This document shows positions 54,881 through 64,000 of a stretch of DNA of 64,000 bases, one piece after another; position 1 is the stretch's first letter; each line of letters starts with the position of its first letter. The stretch lies in assembly GCF_009914755.1 (NCBI RefSeq), contig NC_060933.1; one strand, written 5' to 3'. Position numbers and translations under genes: made by a program. The DNA is from the human T2T-CHM13v2.0 reference genome, Homo sapiens. Under the pieces are notes generated by a model, which saw only the letters and a list, made by a program, of their open reading frames with translations, had not been told where the DNA came from and made no database searches.

Positions 54881-57800
54881 TTTTGATGTAGTAGCACAAA
54901 ATTGAGAGATTTCTGCCATTTTCTGTTTATTATGCATATCCAGTTCTGAATCTTACTCCCTTGTGTATTCCAGCCCCGAGCCCCAGAGAGAGAGATCAGT
55001 GAGAGAGCAGGGACCATGACATAATAATATTGTTCACTTGTTTCTGCACTTTTTCCTATTCCCCAAGGCCCTTATTGCATTAAGACCTAGGACAGAAATG
55101 TAGAGTGAGTAATCGAGCCCATTTTGACAAAGAGAAATTTGTTTGCAACATAGAATGTCATGTAACATGGCTCCTGTCAAGTCACGTGGTTGATGGCAGC
55201 CTTGAAAAACAAAATAGTGATAAAAGGACAGCAGAGTATGTATAAACAGAGAGCCCACCTGCCAGAAATCTGGCAATCAGAGTCACCCCCAAAACTATAT
55301 TTGCTATGGGGGAAAACAATTCTTAAAATAATGAACATACTGCTTCAAAGTTATGTCTTTGACTCATTTTCAAACACTGCAAGCTTTACTTCTTGCTGCA
55401 GTATCAGTACTTGCTACATGGTGTTATTTCTAAAGAAGCAAAAGGCACTATGTCTAAATGTACAATTTTATGTCAATTATTATGAAACCAAAGTTGTGAT
55501 ATTTCCTAAAAAGCATGTTCACATTCTTCAAGCGCCATTATCCCAGACAGTGAGGGATGTGTAATGTGATAATGAACCAAAGTTTAGGAGCTCCAAATGC
55601 AAAGATAAGCAGACACGTTTTATTGTACTGAAATTCGTAGCAGTTCTCTCCATTGCATACAAAGATAGCAGTACTGTCCCCTCGCTTTGGCAGGAATTTG
55701 CATCTATCAGCATTTTCTGGCCCAGTCTCTAATTAACAGCATGCATTTTCCAGATGTTTTGCAGGATTTGGGAACACTGTCTGTGGTCATGTGACACACC
55801 AAAATTAACTAGCCTTATTTGAAATACAAATCATGCTGTCTGCTCACTGGGATGATATTCTAAGTAGGTCTAACTGCATCATTCTCAAGTGGTATGCTTT
55901 CCATAAAAAAAAAAAAAATGCATCTTTTTCTTATCTTTTCTCTTTTCTTTTTCCTCTTCTTTATACAGAGAGATTGAGTCAAATAACTATTCAGTTCCAA
56001 AGCTTTTCCTATGAATCTGTTATGAAGGAAAGTGATTCCAAAAGCACTTGTAAAGCAATATGAAACATGATATTCTATGTTGCAAACAAATTTCTGTTTG
56101 TCAAAATGGGCTTGATTGCTCACTCTACCTTTCTGTCCCAGGTCTTAATGCAACAAGGGCCTTGGGGAGTAGGAAAAAGTGTAGAAATGAGTGAACAATA
56201 TGGCGAGAGTACAATATTTATTGTATTTTAAGAGAACACAATAATTTCTCAAAAGAACCTACATACTGACTAGAATATGCCAGTCATTTTATCTTCAATA
56301 AATTTGATAAGCTTGGGTTCAGATTTTACTTTTGGCAAAATAGTCTGAAAGCTCAGTAACAGGATATCAACTTATTTTGCTATCAATCATAATCATTCTC
56401 AACAGCATCTTATTGTTGATGCTTTTTCTTTTTGGTTTTATCTATAAATAATTCATTCATTAGTAGGGTTTAGTGAGGCCAAAGTTATGGATTCAATCCC
56501 CACATAGATCTGTTAACTCTAGATCAATTGGAAAATCACAGACTTACAAGCTTTTAGAAAATGTGCATCATCTGTCAGGCAGGGCTAAGTAAAATCAACA
56601 CAATCAGCAATACTGGAAAAACAACTAAGGGAGTCTACCCTATTGATTGGTTAGGGTATAACTTCCAAAAATCTAGGGCTGCAAGCATACCCATTTGCTC
56701 AAGCTCTCTGTTCTCTTCACATTAAAGAGGCCATGAGCCTAAATGCCTATCTATCAGCAAGCCCTCTAACAAGATATTTCAAATTTCAAACCCTAAATAT
56801 AAAGGTGCTGGAAAGTAAAGAAAGAACAGAACAGAAGGTGTAGTTAGGAAACTAGAAAGAACAGAAATGAAGCAAGGTGAAAGGAGGAGTCAACAAAAGT
56901 TTTAAAGTTGTGATGTGACATCTATCTTCTACCACCAAGCACTTGATCACGGTGAAGTGGATCAAACTCATAGCTCTGGAAATGTGGTTTTATCCGTCTG
57001 GTTATCAGGGTTTGTAATGCATAGGTGCTATTATTACCAAAGGGATGAACACGTGTAGCCTATAATTTCCAAACTTTCTGTGAGCTGCAATCACATCTCA
57101 TGGTCTTCTAAAATTTTTATAAAATACATGGTTCTTTACGCATCAAAATAAATAAACTGAACATATATTAAGAATTTGGTAATACTTCTTTTGATGATAT
57201 AGTGCCTCACTGAGTTTTCTGAAATGAAAGCCAAGAATCATTTATCTAAGCACTAAGAACTAGGTGGGCAAGATTAACTGTAGCAATTGTCCTATACTAC
57301 CCAAAGAGTGACATTAGGGAAGAAGCATAAAATGTAAAAGAAAAGTCTTAGAGCTTGAATGTGAGGTAATGAATCTGTTGGAATTTGCACAATCTGTTCG
57401 GTGAAGAGTCAAATAGTGGTTAATAAAGTGAAAGGGGAAATCTCACAAACTGAGGTGGGTGTGTATGTGCGCATGCATGCACGTGTTCACACATGTGTGC
57501 AATATATCTGTAATGACCAAGTATGGCTGCATCCATGAAGAAAGGGAATTTTAAACAGAAGTTACTGAAACCTTCACAGAATATTTAAAATGTGCCTATG
57601 TAAATGCCTCCAGTTGACTTAATTCATCTCATTTAAACCAACATAATTTAAACCCATACCTAAGACCTCTGCTATTAACCCACTGCTATTTATTATTCTA
57701 AAACATAAACCTACTGCATGATTTTTTTTTCAGTTTAATTGCTAGCAACAAATATTATGGGTGCCTCTCCTAATTCTTATTATGCCCATATATTTATCTT

Positions 57801-57899
57801 TTCCCTGTCTTTTCTTAGTAACTTTCTTGGGTGCATGTTTCCATCTAGGATTTTAATATGTCCCTAGAGCTTCACATTAAGCAGAAAATTTCATTATTT

Positions 57900-58085
57900 T
57901 CAGAAGTCAGGGCAATTCAAATTCTGGGTGTCCCATCTTATCTGTATGATCTTGGGTTTAAGATACTTAAGCTCTCTGTCAATCAATTTTCCTAACAATA
58001 AAATGCGAATAATGAGAGTAACTATCCATAAAGTTATTATGTAAATTTAAAGAATGGGATGATCTATATAAAATACTATTATAAG
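57900..58085 (+). mobile_element. MIR SINE
   Basis: ctgtatgatcttggg...acttaagctctctgtcaatcaattttcctaacaataaaatgcgaataat. Confidence 0.7.
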
Positions 58086-58099
58086 ATAAGATGCCTAAG

Positions 58100-58208
58100 A
58101 ACAGAGATTTGGGGTTTTGCTTATTGTTACATTCTAGCACCTAGAAGAGTGGCTGGTACTTAGTGGGAATTCAGTGAACACTTATTACATACAAAAGAAA
58201 GAATGAAC
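58100..58208 (+). mobile_element. L2 3' end
   Basis: ctagcacctagaagagtggctggtacttagtgggaattcagtgaacact...aagaatgaa. Confidence 0.65.
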
Positions 58209-58977
58209 AGTGCTAGAGGAAGAGTGGCCGGCACATAACTACAATTAGTGTTAGTTATTATTATTTTCATCATTATCATTTATATCATTATCATCCTAAT
58301 CTTTACTTCCAAGCTGGGTGATCTTAAGATAGGTTAGGTAATCTCAAAGCTCCTACTGGATTACAGAAGGCACTAAGAGATAGTAGCCAATGTCCTAGCC
58401 CAAGACTCAGGAGTCAGGAGTCCAGTTCTAATTCAACCACATATAATTATTTGACCTTGAACGAGTCTCTACCATTTTGGTAATCAGGGAACTGATAGAA
58501 TGGTATTATATACATCATAATTCTGTTATAAACATTTCTGAGTACAGGATCATGAAAGCTAAACAACAGATCAGACTTAAGAATTTCAATATGACACGTT
58601 AATTTCACCAAAATCAGCTTTAAAATAAGTCAGATATTTCATCACAAGGCACTAGATTAGGTACTATAGTTGGGAATGAAAGAACAAAGATGCATTTGAT
58701 TTCTAATTTTATTCTAATCTCTAAATTGAAAACCACAGTCTAAATATTAAGCATATAAGCTCATGCTGCTCTCATGAGCTTGCAGTTTAGTAGATGATTC
58801 ATAATAAGGCAATATCATATACCAGCTCTTAGAGGCAGTCTCTGATTGCACAGCATCAGCTCTCTTTGGAATCAGATAAAACAGTCAATTTGTAGTTATC
58901 TGTGCATTCAACTGAATTTTTCTAAACAAGATTTAATGCCCAGAGCACAGCACTATATCATCAAGTAATAATGGTAG

Positions 58978-59040
58978 AGTTTGCATTAAAATGATCCAGA
59001 AAAATAATCTGGAAGTTTGCATTAAAATGATCCAGAAAAA
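58978..59040. repeat. 27-bp direct repeat separated by a 9-nt insert
   Basis: agtttgcattaaaatgatccagaaaaa at 58978-59004 and 59014-59040, with spacer taatctgga. Confidence 0.93.
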
Positions 59041-59070
59041 AAAGAAGGAAGAGGATTGCCAAAACGTTGA

Positions 59071-59517
<447 letters not shown>

Positions 59518-60119
59518 TAGCGTAAGAAAAAATTAACTCCCAAAGAGTTATGGGAAAATTAAAGGGACTAGGTGGAGATCAAGGAAGAAAAAGGGACTAG
59601 AATAATGTATCCACACACACAAGTATTTGATAGCAGAGGCTGGTTCATGCTTTGTCCCTGTGCCTGACCAGAACCAAAATTGTTGATTAGAACGTAGTAA
59701 CTACAGGAGTTTTACATATGAAGGGCTCAGGTATGTCAAGCTGGCTGGAGAGAGAGCAAGGTTTATTCTCTTGCATCTGTGTTCATATGCAAGCTCTCCT
59801 TTGGACTAGATTGCATATTTATCGGTAGGGTCCCCATGGCACTGTCACAGTAATGGAGCAACTTCTGGTGTTAATAATGGCTTTTATTGTCTCCAGTGCC
59901 TATGAATTATTCTGTATGAAATTGCTCTAAACTTTTCAGTCTATACTACACTGTAATTTCCACCAAAAAGCTGAAACAATTTAAGCTGGATTTATTACAA
60001 GACTGAAGGACTAATCAGTTATCCCTGATCGGGTTCAAATATATTTGAAATGAAATCTTGCTTTTTTTTTTAAACCTGCAATCCAATGGAAGCTAGTGTG
60101 TAAAAAGAGATGAAAGAGA

Positions 60120-60280
60120 TTATAGAATCACAGAATGTTCTAGTCGAAGCCCCTTCATTCTGCAAGCCAGAGAACCAAGGCTCAGCTAGGAGGTAATTTA
60201 AAATCACATACTACTTAATCCACATTGGGAAGGCACCTTGGGCTGCTAAATCCCAGCTAATACTCCCTTTACCACACTAA
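60120..60280 (-). mobile_element. MIR (MIR3/MIRc-like) fragment
   Basis: agaatcacagaatgttctagtcgaagccccttcattctgcaag...ccaaggctcag. Confidence 0.5.
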
Positions 60281-61541
60281 TCATGCCCACAGATAAGGCC
60301 CCTGAAGGCCACACTTCACGTATATGAAGGGAATTCAGGCAGGGTTCCCCTATCCCCAGTCTGTCTGTTCCCATATCCTGAACATCTCTCATTCCAGGGG
60401 GTTAAGGTTCCTTTATTCAAAAATAGTTGATTGCAAAATCAATTCCCCTGGGAGGAGATGCACCTATAGCCGTTAACTGTCAGCCCAGACCTAAGGATAC
60501 TGACCTCAGAAACAGCAGGGTTGAAAAATAGTCAAAGATGCTCACCTCAGGGCCTTCTTTCAGAATAGCAAGAAGGGTGTTGGTGCTGGAAGTTGTGAGT
60601 GAAACAAAGAAAAATTCTGCTTTCTTGACTATTTCCCATGTGGCTGGCCCTGAAGGATACTGTACAGTAAATAGTAAAAGTACACTGTTACTATTATCCA
60701 ATTAAAGCATATTGCACCAGGGCAGCCAGTATACTTATACACTCTAAAAATATAAGAGTTGAAATTAAAGTTTTAAATTAACAATGATCAGAATGATCTC
60801 CTCCATTTTATATTATTTCCTGTCTCTATGACTACAGGTAAACCTTCTGAACATAAGCGATAACAATTTTTGTAACTTGTAATTAAATACATTTTCTTCT
60901 AATATAATGAATTAAAGTTTCAAATTAAATAGTATCTGGTAGCTACTAAAGCTGAGAGATTTGGGAACACAGATTATGGCTCCAGCTAATGATTGCATGT
61001 AATTTAGTACAAAACTTGTGAAGATAAAAAATAATAATTCCACCTTAGGAATTAAGCTTAGCAGGCATGGGTTTGAAAAAGCCTAGTGGTATTTCATTGG
61101 GATTGCTGAAGAATATAAAGAGTGATTCTTTCATTTAAAACAAGCAAACGAACCAAGAAAGCAAAATTGTCTTTAGAGCAATGCTTTGAAAATAAGAAGC
61201 CTTACTAATTTTAAAGTTGAGAAAACAGAAATGTTAATTGCATTCGTTTTACTGTCTGTACTAATGGTCCTTCATACAATTTTCATATGGCAAAATTTCT
61301 GCAAGTGGGCTCTGTTGGAACCCAACAAATTACTACTGAAGAGTTAAGATTATATTAAGAGAAATGCCCAGTGAAATGAGAAGACATTTGATATTACTCT
61401 CAGGTTAATAACACTAGTCTACCATCATTTTCTTGTGTAACTACAGAATTGCTAGTCTTAAGTCATGCCCATACTAGTCAAATAAGTAGTTCACCTGCCA
61501 ACAGGCCTGGAGTTGTGTGATTTTTTCCTAAGCCAAATTGG

Positions 61542-61585
61542 GAGATTACAATTACCATTAATTGAGATTACAATTACCATTAAAT
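61542..61585. repeat. 22-bp tandem duplication
   Basis: gagattacaattaccattaa at 61542 and 61564. Confidence 0.92.
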
Positions 61586-61819
61586 AGCAGGGGTTAAGAT
61601 TGGAATTCAAGCCTTTATCATTCCAGTGTTATTCTATTTGCATGTCACCGTACTGCCCCATCTGGTTTGAATTATATGTTGTTTTATTTCTAACTCAACA
61701 AGTTGGTTTTGGTTTCAAACAACTTTTCTGGCTCTATCCACCTATATAAAATACATTTGCCAGAACTAGAAGCTCATAAGCCCAGAAAACGTAAAAATGT
61801 GCTTTGTAAAATCTCATTT

Positions 61820-62150
61820 TCTAAGCTAACTCATTCTCACCCATCAAGTCTTAGCTTATACGCACTGCACTTCCTCTGGGAATTCTTCCTGACCCCTGGC
61901 CAGGAGGCCCCTGGTACTTTCCTGTAGATCCTGGGCACTACCATAATACATCACACTAGATTTAAGTGCTTGCTGAAGCCTGTCACCTTCCTGGTCTACA
62001 AGTTCTGTAAGGGTAGAACCTGAGCCTGGCATAGACCCCACTGTGTCCTCAGGCCTAGCATATAATAAATGCACAAAAATAGTTATGAAATGCATGGCCC
62101 AGCACATAAATGTACAAAAATCGTTACAAAATACATGGATTAAATGATGC
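61820..62150 (+). mobile_element. L2 3' end
   Basis: ctaactcattctcacccatcaagtcttagctta...cttcctctgggaattcttcctgacccc...ctgtgtcctcaggcctagcata. Confidence 0.7.
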
Positions 62151-63829
62151 GCTAAACTTGAGGTGTTTAAGTTCATTTAGCTTTTGAAAGCTATTTATTA
62201 ATGCCAACCAGGAAAAAAAATAAGACTGGAAAAAAGATTCAAGGCTATCTCACAATAGGGTGATGAGAGATCTATAGGCATGCAAAAACCAAAACAAGAA
62301 AAAGGAAAGCAAATAAAAAGCAGAGCATACGAAAACAAGACTACAACAATAAAAAGAACTGGGCTCTCTCCTTTAAAAAAAAAAATCACTGTTATTCTCG
62401 GGGAAGCCTTAATATTTTTATTCGCCACTGTTAGGATACATCAGTTCTAAAAAATGTTGAAAACTAATTCTTGAACCATTTAAGGAAACTTGAACATTCA
62501 AAGATAATATGAGACACATGCAGTCATTGTTTGGCCATGCCTAATTAAATGGGATACTCTTCTGGACATTTCCAACCACTAATTGGCCAGAGTAAAATGT
62601 GCATGTGGTGGGCAGATTACCTCAACATATCTGCCTTCAGCAGTGTCAGGGAGACAGAGTGATTAAAAGAAGGTCAGCTAATTTGTTTGCTTATCACAGA
62701 ACCCAACTGGTTATTCCAAATGACTATAAAGAATCATAAATCCTCTTAGAATTTCATGTGAGGCTCAGAGCTAAACTGGGACAAGGAAGTGATTTTTAAA
62801 ATCTTTGTCAATCCTAGGAGGCAGGAGGTGGTAAGGACTTCATGGACAAGACAATAAAAGAGTATTTATACCTACAGCTTGAGAGTAGTATGTCTCATTA
62901 AGTAAAATGTCTTCTATCATTCTGGGAAGTGACCCAGGGCACTGAAAGTAATGACAGAGAAGTCTACAATTAAGCAAACCAGTAACTGAGTCATTAAAGA
63001 TTTACTGATACACAAGAATACATCCTTTTTCTTTTTAACTGAATCATCACATGAATGTTCATAAGCATTTGCATGGGGTAAGGAATCTATTCTTTTTTGG
63101 AAAGAAAATAAAATAAGATACAATCTCATTTCTCACTAGAATCTGCTGGTTTTAGCAATGTAGACCTGCAGACATAAAGAAAGACCCGATGTTAGTCACA
63201 CCAGGTCAGGAAGGGAAAAAAGGACAAAGAAAAGGTACACAAGGAAATAAGCTAACTGACAAGGACTTAAGCGCAGCAAAGCCAATTTCTCTTTTAGTGC
63301 AATGTAGACAGACAAAGCTTCCTCCACCATTCTGTGACCCCTGGCTACCTGGAATAAATGAACAAATGAAGTCTACCTACAAACATCCCATTGGCTCATA
63401 ATAATTGTTTAATATTAAAGCACATAATAGCATGTTTTTGGTGAAGTTTCCCTTCCCACTAAGAAAACCCCAGGCCGCATGTAAAGATTATAATGAAAAA
63501 TTATTTCTCCACTTTTTTATTATTTTCCAATATCCAAGTCTCATATTAAACTGATCTTCATTTTATTTTTCTCATCTTATAAAACTGTTTCCTTTACCTT
63601 AATTTCATTCAAGACATCACTTTATCTTAGATTCTGAAAGTTCCCCAAATATAAACATATAACTGGACTAGCTGTACAGGTAGAATAGATAGTAACATAC
63701 GGATTATGATTTTAGAGATCTCAGGTATGTGGCTTAGCAAAAAAACTGTCCCTTGAATAGCTATTTTGTCACCCTCCATTTCTTTAATTAGAATCCCTCC
63801 TTATTATATTGGGGTTGTAGAAAGTTGTG

Positions 63830-63985
63830 GCATGGTATAATGACAGAAGAATCTGGAGCCAAACAAGCCTGGATTATTGTCCATTCCCACCACTTCCTAC
63901 TTATGTGGCTTTGAGATCATTATTTAACTTCTAAGCCTCACTTCACTCAACAAATAAGTATATAGCACCTATTGTTCTAAATATA
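63830..63985 (+). mobile_element. MIR SINE
   Basis: gcatggtataatgacagaag...ctggagccaaacaagcctggatt...tatgtggctttgag...ttatttaacttctaagcctcacttcactca. Confidence 0.75.
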
Positions 63986-64000
63986 GCGAATACAGAGGCA

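Overview
AT-rich, CpG-poor eukaryotic DNA from a catarrhine primate, most likely human or a great ape (AluY, AluS, AluJ/FLAM, L1PA, THE1A, MLT, MER30, MIR, L2 and CR1/L3 are all present). I find no protein-coding exon I can recognise, no CpG island, and no tRNA, rRNA or CRISPR array. The long ORFs come from a purine tract, Alus or dead L1 ORF2. The window looks intronic or intergenic. It is dominated by interspersed repeats, including a ~10 kb same-strand nested L1/LTR/Alu block (34.4-44.5 kb) and an 865-bp polypurine tract. The most interesting signals are local. (1) A perfect 28-bp-arm, pre-miRNA-sized palindrome inside an ancient L1, next to a 13-bp tandem duplication, which looks like a template-switch scar. 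(2) A 16-bp duplication that creates a G-quadruplex motif, overlapped by an exact 83-bp duplication. (3) A young L1PA inserted at the homologous position of an older L1. (4) Indirect evidence for a minus-strand, probably non-coding, host transcript. I cannot support a new multi-gene biological system here. Repeat subfamilies were called by eye from remembered consensus features, and boundaries of ancient repeats are approximate.
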